Positions 1-9,780 are shown, counted from the first letter of the stretch. The stretch is DNA of 64,000 nucleotides from Polyangiales bacterium (GCA_038230375.1 JBBRNJ010000037.1:17443-81442); one strand, 5' to 3'. Notes: generated by a model from the letters alone, not told the origin. Numbers and translations: made by a program.

Positions 1-322
1 ACGAGACGACGAACCACGCCCAGAGGAGACCCAGGAGCACAACGGGAACGAGCCGCACGTGGTGCGCGTGCGACAGCCGCACGACCATGAAGATCGTCAT
101 CAACGCCGCGAAGAGCCCGTGGACCCGAAGCCGCGCCCGCGACCGCCACGCACGGATCCGCGCGCGAAACAGCGCCCGCGTGGCGACCTGCTCGGCGACG
201 TCATCGCGAAAGGAGGCGCTTTCGGGGAGGCGCGGGCCGCCGCATGCAGGGCACGCGAGGCGAAACACGCGGTCATCGACGGCAGGGCGATCCGAACCGC
301 AGTGAGTGCATCTCGTCGGCAT
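1..322 (-). CDS. Partial (runs off window) zinc-ribbon + membrane protein
   Basis: Hand translation from ATG 322: MPTRCTHCGS...LACPACGGP... then two hydrophobic segments (GLFAALMTIFMVV, LVPVVLLGLLWAWFVV). Two CxxC motifs; no stop before base 1. Confidence 0.6.
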   Translation of the reverse strand, partial: MPTRCTHCGSDRPAVDDRVFRLACPACGGPRLPESASFRDDVAEQVATRALFRARIRAWRSRARLRVHGLFAALMTIFMVVRLSHAHHVRLVPVVLLGLLWAWFVVS

Positions 323-391
323 GCTGGAAACCTAGCCCCGCGGGCCTGCGTCGTCGCGGTCCCGCTTCGTCAAGTTTTGCAAAGGCTCGGG

Positions 392-1684
392 TCAGAGGGT
401 GTGCAGGTACGCGAGAAGCCCATCGCGCGCCGCGGTGTCGAGCTCCAGCCCGTACTCGTGCCCCCTCACCTTCCGCCCGGGATCAAAGAGCGCATCGATG
501 CTCCCGATGGTGCCGTCGTGGAGGAGCGGCTCGCGCGTTGCGACGCCGCGCAGCGAGGGGACACGGTAGGTGCCAGTGCCCCGATCGCGCGACCGCCCGA
601 CGGTGCCGTCCGTTCCGATCACGGCGAGCGGCACGGGCGGGCCGCTGAACGACGGCGGAGCGTGACAGCTCCTGCACTGCGCGTTGAAGGTGGTGCGACC
701 GCGCTGCTCGGCGTCGTTCGTGGGCTCCTTCATCGGCAGCGCGTCGCCAAGAGACCAGAGGTAGAGCGCGAGCCCGAGCGCGACCTCCCGCGGCGGCCTG
801 GTGGTCTCCCGGCTCGACACGATGATGAGCGTCTCGATCCGGATGGCGAGCGCGGTCACGTCGCGCTGGGACAGCGTGGCGTCCTGATGCAGGTGAGACA
901 GAAACTGGACCGGGCGCAGATCGGGGATGCGCATGGGCTCGTCCCCGCGGGTCGTGGTCACATCCATGCGACCCCGTCCCCATTCACGCAGATGCTCGAT
1001 GCGGCGCGCGTCCCCGTCGACAGAGCCGCCATCGATGTACATGCGCCCGAGATCGAGGCGATTGTTTCCGACACCCACGATGAGTCCGCGTGTGGCGTCT
1101 CCCGGATCCAGGCGCGCGTGACAGGTGGAGCACGTGACGAATGGCTCGCTCTGGCCGACAGGGCGTGCGACGCGCACCAGCCCGCCCACGCCGCGGCGCG
1201 CGTCGGACCACAGTCCGTAGCTGTTCTCGGTGTCGGCCGACGTGAGCGCCACGCGCGCGCTGGGCGTCACCTGCACCGGATAGCGGAAGAACGCCTCTTC
1301 TCCGAGCGCACGCAGCGCGACGGCGGATCCGCGACGCGCGGCGAGGTCGATCGCGAGCGCGCTCGCTTGCTGACCTGCGTGCGGAAGATCGGACCGCGTG
1401 ATCGGCGACACCTCCGGATTCCATTCCGGCAGCGCATCCCAGTCACCAGGTCCATCCGCGCGTGCGTAGTGGGCAAGGCGCAGGCGCGAGTAGTCGTTGC
1501 TCGGGTTCACGAGCGATGCCTCGAGGGCGGCCCGTCGATAGCGCGCGCTCGTGAGATACGACGCCTCAGCCGGGCCTTCGACCGGGCGTGTAGCAGCGCA
1601 GGCGCCAAGGACAACGATCGAAAGGAGCTGAGGCCATTGGCGAACGAACACGTATTTCCTGTCCTCGTCATGGGTAGCGTACAT
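392..1684 (-). CDS. Di-heme c-type cytochrome lipoprotein (cytochrome c peroxidase/MauG-like C-terminus)
   Basis: Two CxxCH motifs (CSTCH, CRSCH), C-terminal YRVPSLRGV...PLLHDG motif, lipobox-like LGAC. True start may be slightly downstream. Confidence 0.75.
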   Translation of the reverse strand: MYATHDEDRKYVFVRQWPQLLSIVVLGACAATRPVEGPAEASYLTSARYRRAALEASLVNPSNDYSRLRLAHYARADGPGDWDALPEWNPEVSPITRSDLPHAGQQASALAIDLAARRGSAVALRALGEEAFFRYPVQVTPSARVALTSADTENSYGLWSDARRGVGGLVRVARPVGQSEPFVTCSTCHARLDPGDATRGLIVGVGNNRLDLGRMYIDGGSVDGDARRIEHLREWGRGRMDVTTTRGDEPMRIPDLRPVQFLSHLHQDATLSQRDVTALAIRIETLIIVSSRETTRPPREVALGLALYLWSLGDALPMKEPTNDAEQRGRTTFNAQCRSCHAPPSFSGPPVPLAVIGTDGTVGRSRDRGTGTYRVPSLRGVATREPLLHDGTIGSIDALFDPGRKVRGHEYGLELDTAARDGLLAYLHTL

Positions 1685-1952
1685 TCTGGCGATGAGCGAA
1701 ACACAGCGGATTCACCGCATCGCCAGCCACGCGGTCGCGCTGCTCGTCGTGCTCATGGGCCTGTCGCCTGGTGCCGCCGGTTCCCGCGGGCTGAACGCGT
1801 GCAGTCTACATGCGCACGCGGCATCGACGCGGCTTCGCACCCCGCCGTGACTCGCCGTTCACGCGATGACGACCGAGCCCCATTCTGCGCGGCTTTTCGG
1901 TGTAGCCGTCGCGGCACGGCTCGTGCTGTTGTTGGCCCCTCTGGAGGCAACC

Positions 1953-2930
1953 ATGCATCGTGGGTTCATCTTCGCTTGCGCGGGGCTCTGCGTAGGGCTC
2001 GCCGCAATAGCTGCATGTTCGGGAAGCGGAGGGAGCGACATCACCACGGGTGATGCCGGCACGGGCGCGGATGGCGGCGGAGAGGGCGGCTCCGGCCCGA
2101 GCCCCGCGCAGGCCGCAGGCGACCTTGCGCACGTCGTGTGTCAGCGCTTCGAGGAATGCGCGCCTGCCTTCATCACGATCGGCTACGGCGGCGCGCCCGA
2201 ATGTGAGAAGCGCTTCACCGCGCAGTTCGCGGACAACCTCTCGGCGAGCGGCTCCAATCAGACAACCAGTCAGGTGGAGGCCTGCGTCGCGGCTGCACAA
2301 GGCCTCTCGTGCGCGGACCTGCTCGGTCGCAAGACACCGGATATCTGCAAGCCACCGCCAGGTCAGCTCACCGATGGGAAGGCGTGCGCCACCGACGCGC
2401 AGTGTACGAACAAGCGCTGCAAGGTCGCGCCCGGCGCCGCGTGTGGAACCTGCACGTCGCCGGTAGCCGGCGGGCAGGCGTGCGGCAAGGACGACGATTG
2501 CGACGACGGTTTGAAATGCGTGAATAGTGCATGTGTTCCGTACGGCGCCATGAACGCAGCCTGCGACGGCAGCCATCCGTGCAACCCGACGCTCGCATGC
2601 GTGGGCGGCACGTGCGGAGCTCCGCGCGCCTCTGGGGCGTGCAACGCGGCAGACGAATGCGATCAACTCCACGGCGTCTTCTGCGACGGCAAGCAGTGTC
2701 AGCCCCTGCAGTTCGCGAATGCGCCAGCCGCATGTGGCCTGGTGGATGGTGGCCTGCAGCTATGCAACGGACCAGCATCCTGCGTCTCGAGCGGCGCCGG
2801 CAAGGGCACATGCGCCAGCGCGCCCGCGGACAACGCGCCGTGCACGGCCGATGGTGGCGCAGCATGCGAGGGGCCGTCCGTGTGCCTGAACGGCGCCTGC
2901 ACGTTCCCCGCGTCGGCGGCGTGCAAGTAG
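1953..2930 (+). CDS. Cys-rich exported lipoprotein (myxobacterial Cys-repeat type)
   Basis: GGAGG RBS before ATG 1953, lipobox IAAC, many C-x(4-5)-C repeats (CATDAQC, CGKDDDC, CNAADEC). Confidence 0.8.
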   Translation: MHRGFIFACAGLCVGLAAIAACSGSGGSDITTGDAGTGADGGGEGGSGPSPAQAAGDLAHVVCQRFEECAPAFITIGYGGAPECEKRFTAQFADNLSASGSNQTTSQVEACVAAAQGLSCADLLGRKTPDICKPPPGQLTDGKACATDAQCTNKRCKVAPGAACGTCTSPVAGGQACGKDDDCDDGLKCVNSACVPYGAMNAACDGSHPCNPTLACVGGTCGAPRASGACNAADECDQLHGVFCDGKQCQPLQFANAPAACGLVDGGLQLCNGPASCVSSGAGKGTCASAPADNAPCTADGGAACEGPSVCLNGACTFPASAACK

Positions 2931-2953
2931 AGTCATCCGCTCTCTAGTTAATG

Positions 2954-3724
2954 CTAGCGCGTGGGCGGCGAGGCGACCTGGGTTTGCCACCTGGCGATCT
3001 GGTCGCAGATCCATTCCGGCTCGTCGAGCGCGAGATCATGACCGCCCGTGGGCGATAGCCCAAGGTCGCCACCCAGGCTTGTTGCGATGCGCTCCGAGCA
3101 ACGAAACGAAACGAGCCGATCCGTTCGCGATGCAAGGACCAGCAGTGGAGTCCGCAGCCGTGTCGGCGCCGCGAACCTGCTTGCGGCGAACAACTGTCGC
3201 GGCACGCTCCCGCGCTCCGGCGGCGCGAGCTCCGCGAAGCGAGCTTGTTTTACCGCCAGTTCATCGAGATCGCGCGCGTTGCGAGCACTGGTGAGCGCCA
3301 GCACGGCCCGCTCCTTCGCGATCGCGCCTCTGGCGAACGGCGAGAGCAACGCGCGCGGATGAAAGCGCTCGAAGGTGGGAGAAGGGCGCGCGCTGGAGTT
3401 GATGGCCACGCACCGCTCGAAGTCCTCCGGATAGCCTGCGCACAATTCCAGCGCGACCATGCCTCCGAGAGAAATTCCAAGGACGGACCAGCGCGCACGC
3501 TCCTCCTTCGCAAGGCGCGCTCGCACGTCAAGGGCGATGCCTCTCACTGTCGTGGGAGAAGGGCGCGCGTTCTCCGTTCCGAAGCCGGGCAGGTCCAGGG
3601 CCAGAACGTGCGCGCCCAGCTTGTGTTCGAGCGCCTCTGGAAATGAGCCCCAGTGGCGCTTCTCCCGACCCAGGCCGCGCAGGAGAAGCCACCCGCTCTT
3701 CACGTTTGCCCCGTCGTCCATCAC
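2954..3724 (-). CDS. Alpha/beta-fold hydrolase
   Basis: LDLPGFG, nucleophile elbow GISLGG, C-terminal GHD; 4-bp overlap with the upstream monooxygenase. Confidence 0.88.
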   Translation of the reverse strand: MMDDGANVKSGWLLLRGLGREKRHWGSFPEALEHKLGAHVLALDLPGFGTENARPSPTTVRGIALDVRARLAKEERARWSVLGISLGGMVALELCAGYPEDFERCVAINSSARPSPTFERFHPRALLSPFARGAIAKERAVLALTSARNARDLDELAVKQARFAELAPPERGSVPRQLFAASRFAAPTRLRTPLLVLASRTDRLVSFRCSERIATSLGGDLGLSPTGGHDLALDEPEWICDQIARWQTQVASPPTR

Positions 3725-5289
3725 GCGCTCGCGCTCATCTCGGACGGAGCGGCGACGGGGCGAGGCTTCCTCGCGTCCACGGCGTCCTGTGGAGCAGTCC
3801 GGAACTCGTAGTGGTCGAGCGAGGAGAAGTGGCTGCGCAGCGAGATCTCGAAGCCGAGATGCGGCCGCATTGCCGGCGCGTCGCCGTGGCGATCAAAGTA
3901 GTAGCTGTTCGAGCCGCCGCAGGTTCCGTTCTGGAAGACGCTCTTCTCCTGACGGCGCAGAATGCCTTGAAAATAGGCGCTGTGCGCGTCCTGCCTCACG
4001 TCTGCGGACGTCGCGCCGCGGCTCTTCGCCTCCTTGATCACGCGCAGTGCATGGCGCGTGGACGCCTCCACCATCGACAGGTACGAGCGACCGCCAAGAC
4101 CGTACGGGCCCGTCAGCAGGAACATGTTCGGCCAGCCGGCCACGGTGCACGCCTCGTACGCCTGGTAGCGGTTCTCGTGCCAGAAGCGACCGAGCTCCAC
4201 GCCGCCCGAGCCATGCACTGGATACGGTGGCGCGTTGCCCAGCTCGAACACGTTGAAGCCCGTCGCCAGGATGAGGACGTCGATCTCGTGGAGAACGCCG
4301 TCGCGGGTCACGATGCCTCGTGCCTCGATATGGTCGATCGCGTCGGTGACCAGCGCCACGTTCTCACGATTGAAGGCCGTCAGGTATTCGTTGGAGATGA
4401 CGGGGCGCTTGCAGCCAAAGCCGTAATGCGGCGTGAGCTTCTCGCGCAGCGCGGGGTCCTTGATCTGGCGCGCCAGGTGGCGCTTCGCGATGCGCTCCGC
4501 GGTCTTCTGCAGGAACGGGGCGCGCTTCGCGTGGATGGTGCCAAGCCGGAAGAACACCGTACTAGGGAGCGACGTCACCGCGCGCGTCGCGGCGAACGCG
4601 CCGGGGATGTTCTCATAGGCCCAGCGCATGCGCGGAGAGATCTCGAAGTCCATCTTTGGCATCACCCAGATGGGCGTGCGCTGGAACACGGTGAGCTTCG
4701 CGACGGACGGGGCAATGTTCGGCACCACCTGAACCGCGGACGCCCCGGTGCCGAGCACCGCAACACGCTTTCCGCGAAGGTCCACGGCATCATTCCACTC
4801 GGCCGTGTGCATCACCGCTCCCTGGAAGTCGGCAAGGCCCCGGATGTCGGGACGCTTCGGCTGCGTCAGGCCACCTGGCGCCTGGATCAAGTAGCGACAG
4901 GTCATTGCGCCTCCGTCGCCGAGCGTGAGGCGCCACACGTGCGCGCGCTCGTCCCAGCGGGCCTCCACGATGTGGGTGTGGAAGCGGATGCGCGGTCGCA
5001 GCGCGAACGCGTCAGCCAGGTGGTCCGCATACACCGCGACTTCGGCTCCCGGAGCAAACGCGCGCGTCCACTTGAAGTAGGGAACGTCATTGTAGGAGTA
5101 GTTGAACGAGTTCACGTCCACCGCGACGCCCGGATAGCGGTTCACCTTCCACGTCCCGCCGACCTCGCCGCTCTTCTCGGCGATGACGAAGTCGATGCCC
5201 GCCTTCGTGAGCTCGATGCCGGCCCAGAGGCCCGCGAGGCCGGCCCCGATCACCAACACCTCGACATGAGACAGCTGTTTTTCCGACAT
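3721..5289 (-). CDS. Flavin-containing (Baeyer-Villiger-type) monooxygenase
   Basis: GAGLAG FAD motif, GGTW..NRYPG, FQGAVMHTAEW fingerprint, GTGASA NADPH motif, ATGF. Start re-assigned to ATG 5289 (MSEKQ). Confidence 0.92.
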   Translation of the reverse strand: MSEKQLSHVEVLVIGAGLAGLWAGIELTKAGIDFVIAEKSGEVGGTWKVNRYPGVAVDVNSFNYSYNDVPYFKWTRAFAPGAEVAVYADHLADAFALRPRIRFHTHIVEARWDERAHVWRLTLGDGGAMTCRYLIQAPGGLTQPKRPDIRGLADFQGAVMHTAEWNDAVDLRGKRVAVLGTGASAVQVVPNIAPSVAKLTVFQRTPIWVMPKMDFEISPRMRWAYENIPGAFAATRAVTSLPSTVFFRLGTIHAKRAPFLQKTAERIAKRHLARQIKDPALREKLTPHYGFGCKRPVISNEYLTAFNRENVALVTDAIDHIEARGIVTRDGVLHEIDVLILATGFNVFELGNAPPYPVHGSGGVELGRFWHENRYQAYEACTVAGWPNMFLLTGPYGLGGRSYLSMVEASTRHALRVIKEAKSRGATSADVRQDAHSAYFQGILRRQEKSVFQNGTCGGSNSYYFDRHGDAPAMRPHLGFEISLRSHFSSLDHYEFRTAPQDAVDARKPRPVAAPSEMSASA

Positions 5290-5292
5290 CTG

Positions 5293-5325
5293 CTTGCTGT
5301 GCCATATTCTGTATGGTACAGCAAG
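5293..5325. promoter_or_regulatory. Palindromic operator between divergent BVMO and GntR genes
   Basis: CTTGCTGTGCCATA-n5-TATGGTACAGCAAG, a 13/14 inverted repeat filling most of the 42-bp intergenic gap. Confidence 0.7.
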
Positions 5326-5331
5326 TGGTAC

Positions 5332-6102
5332 ATGACGAAATCGGCGAAAGCGGCGGCGGAGGCAGGCGGTCATTCGATCGTCGACGAGGTCACCGAGCGC
5401 ATCGCGTTCGAGATCGCATCCGGCGCCCACGTGCCGGGCGAACGTCTTCCGTCGGTGCGTGCGCTCGCCCTTCGTCATCGCATCAATCCGTCGACGGTGC
5501 AGATCGTGATGTCGCGCCTCCGCGCCGCCGGCTTCGTGGATGGCGCACATAGGTCGGGGTTCGTGGTCCGCGACATCGAGCTGTACGGAGGCATCGACAC
5601 GTGGCGCTACCTGTTCCGCTTCGCGCAGGAGCTACCGGAGCGCGCGACGCGCTTGTTCGAGAACTTCCTGGCCACCCGCCGCGTCCTGGTCATGGAGGTC
5701 GTGCGCACGATCGCGCATGCGCCTTCCACGGTGGATCTCCGCGCGCTACGGCAGGCGGTGGAACAGATGGAGGCGCTTGCGCGGCGTGATGCGTCGCCCG
5801 AGGAGCTCGCGCGCGCCGAGCTGCAGGCGTCGCGGCTCTTCATGCGCCAGGCAGATCAGCCGGTGCTCCTTGCGCTCTACAACACCATCGGCGAGATCTT
5901 GCTCACCGTCCCAGCCGTGCTCCGCGCGATGTACTCGGAGCCCGCCTTCAACATCATGATGTGGCGTGGCCTGCTCGCGCGCTGGGAGACTGGAGTCAGC
6001 ATGGGCGTGACGACGACGGAGCTCGCGGCAGCTTCCGCAGCGCTCGCGCAGTTTCACGTGAAGTGCGTGGAGCGATATCGGCGCATCGTGCACAAGAAGT
6101 AG
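5332..6102 (+). CDS. GntR-family transcriptional regulator (FadR-like C-terminus)
   Basis: GERLPSVRALA...INPSTV...L...GFV winged HTH; start at ATG 5332 within the track ORF 3643..6102. Confidence 0.88.
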   Translation: MTKSAKAAAEAGGHSIVDEVTERIAFEIASGAHVPGERLPSVRALALRHRINPSTVQIVMSRLRAAGFVDGAHRSGFVVRDIELYGGIDTWRYLFRFAQELPERATRLFENFLATRRVLVMEVVRTIAHAPSTVDLRALRQAVEQMEALARRDASPEELARAELQASRLFMRQADQPVLLALYNTIGEILLTVPAVLRAMYSEPAFNIMMWRGLLARWETGVSMGVTTTELAAASAALAQFHVKCVERYRRIVHKK

Positions 6103-6145
6103 CGCCAAGCTCCGCGTGGACGCGCGACGCTTCGCTCCGAGAGAG

Positions 6146-8749
6146 TCAATCCACCGTGATCGACTTGCTCACATTCTTGGGTACGTCTGGATGAACGCCG
6201 TGTTCGGCGATGCCAAGCCGATCCAGATAGTGCTTCTTCAACAGGCTCATCTTGAGCGCGAGCCGTTGGAGCGCGACCGTGGCCGAGAACGTGGCGAGCA
6301 GCGTGTCGTTCGTTCGGGGAAGCGTGACGACGACGGAGCGGTACGAGGGATTGTCCGTGGGCGCCTTGGTGGCGGCGCCGGTGAGCGCCGGATGGTCCTC
6401 TGCAATGACGACGGTCTGCGACCCGCGGATCTTGTGCGTGTTGATCTGCGAGACCGTAAGCGCGACGTCTCGCTCGTCCGGGCCCGTGACGTAGACGAGC
6501 GGATAGTCCGAGTAGAGCGCCGAGAAGAGGTCCCCACGATCCACGACGCGCTCGAAGATCTTCCGCTCCGCGGCGTCGAGTGAGAAGGAGGTGCCCGACG
6601 GCGACAGTACCGAGTCCGTGGTCGCCTCCAGCAAGCGCTTCAGGGAGTCCGATCCCAGCCCCGCTTCGCCTGCTTCGGTCGTGAGGCGACGGAGCGTGTG
6701 GCCAAGACGCTTGAGCATGGCGTCGACCTCCTCGGGCCCGAGCACCGTGTTGAAGCCCAGGATGGTGTTGGGTCCGTGCTTGAACTCGGAGGCCTCGAAG
6801 CCTTCGGTGTGATTGAGCACCACCTCGCGGATCTTCAGTGCGCCCTCTTTTGCGATGGCGGCGATGCGTGTGGCAAGGATGTGGATGCTGGGTGCAAGGT
6901 AGAGTGTCCGCGCCGCCAGCTCGATGTCCGCATCGGTGCTGCTCACGGTCTCGCGGATCAGCGCGGGGATCGCGCGGAGCTGCTCGCGTCGGCGATCGAG
7001 CTCGCGGGTCAGCGAGGCGCGCTCATCCGCGGTTGCGCCCAGATCATTCACGCGGCGCTCCGCTACATGCAACGCCAGGCAGTAGAAGACCACCATCTGG
7101 TTCATGAAGCTCTTCGTTGCCGGCACCGCGATCTCGGGCCCGCAGCGAAGCGGAATCACGAGGTCGCTCTTCTCCTGTGCGAGGGTGGAGTTGACGTTGT
7201 TGACGAGCGCGATGCGGCCCACCGCGTGACCCGATGCGATCACGTCGTTCAAGACGTCGATCAGGTCCTTGGTCTCACCGCTCTGACTGACCGCAATCAC
7301 GAGGTCACCGTCGCGCAGCGTTCGCGACGATTGACCGCGGAACTCTCCCGGCAACACGGGCGTGAGCTCCACCTGCGCAAGCTCGTTGAAGTAGAGGCTG
7401 GCGGCCTTTGCGGCGTGGTACGAGCTGCCGCAGCAGATGACGTACACGCGCCCCCGCGCGGCGACGGCCTTCATGCACATGTCGCCGAAGCGCTCGATCA
7501 ACGCGCGTGTCTCGGCGACCTCGTCGGCCTCGAGCATTGCGTCGAGCATTCGTACTCCAATGGTGTCTTCGCGGCTCCGCGCCATGGGGAGCAGATCGGT
7601 GAAGAAGCCGGCCTCGCCCGACGCGAGCTTCTCGGCGTTTGCGATCGCGGACGGCGCGCTCTGGACGACGCTCTTCCACGCGGGAAGGTCGCACAGCTCG
7701 TGGAACAGGCGCCTGATCTTCGCGTCCTCGTACTGGTCGCGCAGCGCATCGAGCCGCGACGTGATGTCCGGGCGCGCGATCTCTCGTGCCGCGCGGGCTG
7801 CGTCGGATCCTCCCAAGAACAACGTGATCACGTCACGCGCGGTCTGCTCTTGCGCGCTGATCTCCTGGTCCATGAACGTCTCGAACGGCGGGATCAACGC
7901 GGTGTCCTTCGCACGCAGGCGGCTCCGCACCGGCTCGCGTTCGATCGCCTGACCGGCGGCAAGGCGCACTGGCCCCGCCGGCGTCTTCACGGTCCGATCG
8001 GTGATGCTGTAGATGCAGTGCGCCTTTGCATCGTATTCGACGACCTCGCCTTCGGTGATGGGCACCACCACACGCGTCAGCTTGAGGACGCTCGAGAGGT
8101 CCGACGACGCGATCGCGAAGTGACCGCCGGCCTCGTCCTCGCCCACACCGAAATAGAGGCTCGAGCCGAGCTTGATCGCCCACATCACGCGGGTCACTGG
8201 ATCCACGATCACGGCGGCGAACGAGCCTTCCAGCTTCGACGCGGCAAGGGTGATCGCGCTGCGCATCGCTCGGCGACGTGCGCCTGGTTCGCGCGCGTCC
8301 GCTGCCTTCGCGATCTCGCGCGAGAAAAAGTGCTCGATCGTGTGGACCACCATCTCACCGTCGTTGTCGGACAGCACTGCGTGGCCTTCCGAGGTGAGCC
8401 AGGCCTTGAGATCATCGCAGTTGGTCACGTTGCCGTTGTGCGCGCCGTACAGGAAGGACTTGCAGCGGACCACGTGCGGCTGCGAGTTCTCTTTGGTCAC
8501 GGCTCCGAACGTGGCCCAGCGCACCTGCCCGCAGAACGCGCGTCCCGCCATGCGCGTGATGCCGAGCTCGTCCACCATGACCGATGGCGCGCCGACCCCC
8601 TTCTTCAGGACGACGTCTTCTTCGTCTCCCTGGATCGCAGCACCGGTCGAGTCGTAGCCGCGGTATTCGAGCGTCTTCAAGAGCTCCGCAGCGACCTGTC
8701 CCATGTCGTCACGCGTTCGCTCGCAGATGAGGCCGATGACTCCGCACAT
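6146..8749 (-). CDS. glmS: Glutamine--fructose-6-phosphate aminotransferase-like protein, enlarged (867 aa)
   Basis: MCG N-terminal nucleophile, LEYRGYDS, RWAT, HNG, SQSGET, EGALKI.E, EFKHGP, C-terminal PKNVSKSITVD. Confidence 0.85.
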   Translation of the reverse strand: MCGVIGLICERTRDDMGQVAAELLKTLEYRGYDSTGAAIQGDEEDVVLKKGVGAPSVMVDELGITRMAGRAFCGQVRWATFGAVTKENSQPHVVRCKSFLYGAHNGNVTNCDDLKAWLTSEGHAVLSDNDGEMVVHTIEHFFSREIAKAADAREPGARRRAMRSAITLAASKLEGSFAAVIVDPVTRVMWAIKLGSSLYFGVGEDEAGGHFAIASSDLSSVLKLTRVVVPITEGEVVEYDAKAHCIYSITDRTVKTPAGPVRLAAGQAIEREPVRSRLRAKDTALIPPFETFMDQEISAQEQTARDVITLFLGGSDAARAAREIARPDITSRLDALRDQYEDAKIRRLFHELCDLPAWKSVVQSAPSAIANAEKLASGEAGFFTDLLPMARSREDTIGVRMLDAMLEADEVAETRALIERFGDMCMKAVAARGRVYVICCGSSYHAAKAASLYFNELAQVELTPVLPGEFRGQSSRTLRDGDLVIAVSQSGETKDLIDVLNDVIASGHAVGRIALVNNVNSTLAQEKSDLVIPLRCGPEIAVPATKSFMNQMVVFYCLALHVAERRVNDLGATADERASLTRELDRRREQLRAIPALIRETVSSTDADIELAARTLYLAPSIHILATRIAAIAKEGALKIREVVLNHTEGFEASEFKHGPNTILGFNTVLGPEEVDAMLKRLGHTLRRLTTEAGEAGLGSDSLKRLLEATTDSVLSPSGTSFSLDAAERKIFERVVDRGDLFSALYSDYPLVYVTGPDERDVALTVSQINTHKIRGSQTVVIAEDHPALTGAATKAPTDNPSYRSVVVTLPRTNDTLLATFSATVALQRLALKMSLLKKHYLDRLGIAEHGVHPDVPKNVSKSITVD

Positions 8750-8791
8750 GCGAGCTTCCTTATCACGACCGCAGCCCAACTTCGGCCTACC

Positions 8792-9478
8792 ATGTCCCGC
8801 ATGGACGAACGACGCGCAGACAGGCTTTCGGGGTGGGCTGGGATCTTGTTCTCGGCGATGTCGCTCGTGGTGTTTCCGCTCGTGCTCTCACCTCCAGCGC
8901 CGCCGATCGTGGGCCAGAGCGGCGCCGAGGTGGCAACGTGGTTCGAGCTTCATCGCACCGGCTTCCTCGTCGGCAACTACCTGGGCATCGCCGCGTTCCT
9001 CCCCGGGTTCGTGCAGCTCACCGTGCTTGCGGCCAGGATCCGGCGCGCGGAAGGAGAAGGCGGTTTCCTCGCGACGCTCGTGCTCACGACGGGCACGTTC
9101 GGCTACGCCGTGTTCGAGTGCTCGCTCGTCGCGTTCCAGGCCATGCCGTTCCTGCTCGCGCCGCATCTCCGCGCCTCGATCGAGGCGATGGGCTCGCTGA
9201 CTGCGGTGTGGTTCGCGCTCGACGGTCTCGCCGCGTTCCCGCTGGTGATCGCTGTCGGTGTAGCGACCGTCGTCACACGCGTGCTGCCGCCGTGGTTCGC
9301 GCGGTTCAGCTGGATCACTGCCGCGCTCGTGATCGCCATGAGCCTTGGCGCGCTCACCACGCAGCCGTCGTGGCTCGCCGCAGGCGGCATCGTCACGGGC
9401 CTGGGCTTCTTCGGATTTTTCGTATGGACCACCGTCCTGGGCGTGGTGTTCCTGCGCCGGACGCCGTCAGCGGTCTAG
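8792..9478 (+). CDS. Multi-pass membrane protein of unknown function
   Basis: About six hydrophobic segments; start re-assigned to ATG 8792 (or 8801). Confidence 0.75.
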   Translation: MSRMDERRADRLSGWAGILFSAMSLVVFPLVLSPPAPPIVGQSGAEVATWFELHRTGFLVGNYLGIAAFLPGFVQLTVLAARIRRAEGEGGFLATLVLTTGTFGYAVFECSLVAFQAMPFLLAPHLRASIEAMGSLTAVWFALDGLAAFPLVIAVGVATVVTRVLPPWFARFSWITAALVIAMSLGALTTQPSWLAAGGIVTGLGFFGFFVWTTVLGVVFLRRTPSAV

Positions 9479-9486
9479 GTCAGCGA

Positions 9487-9780
9487 TCAGCGCGGCTGCG
9501 GCCCGACGTGGACGGGGCCGGGGTCCGGCGACTGCGGGCCGTGACCGGGGCGACCCGGGACGATCTGCGGCGTGGGGTCGAACATGCTCGTGCGAGCGAA
9601 GGCGCCAGCAGTGTCGTCGTTCGCGCTGGTGCCGCCGCTTGCGGGGCTGCCCTGGGTCGTCGGCTGGCCAACGGTGCCGCCTTGGTCCGTCCCCAGGTTC
9701 TCGTCCCCAGCGGGATCGTTCGAGCCCACCGCGCAGCCAACCATCGAAAGCGCGCCCAACAGAAAAAGTACGTTCTTCAT
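9487..9780 (-). CDS. Small lipoprotein with Pro/Gly-rich tail
   Basis: MKNVLFLLGALSMVGC lipobox; AGGAGG RBS. Confidence 0.75.
   Translation of the reverse strand: MKNVLFLLGALSMVGCAVGSNDPAGDENLGTDQGGTVGQPTTQGSPASGGTSANDDTAGAFARTSMFDPTPQIVPGRPGHGPQSPDPGPVHVGPQPR

Noticed and set aside
1686..1850. 52-aa ORF (1692..1850) and a 9-bp inverted repeat (1686-1726)
   Set aside because: No RBS or recognisable motif; sits in a divergent promoter region and could be chance.
59..2053. 664-aa + strand ORF and similar long ORFs (e.g. 19812..21719, 53927..55336, 62595..63953)
   Set aside because: Arg/Ala-rich antisense shadows of well-supported genes, expected in high-GC DNA; no motifs.
3643..5331. Apparent 819-aa GntR, 926-aa membrane protein (6698..9478), 1110-aa kinase (23241..26573) and 603-aa protein (23049..24860) fusions
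   Set aside because: The N-terminal extensions are antisense read-through of neighbouring genes; plausible internal starts exist.
8750..8791. glmS ribozyme upstream of the glmS-like gene
   Set aside because: Only about 42 bp separate it from the divergent gene; no room for the ribozyme and no matching motif.
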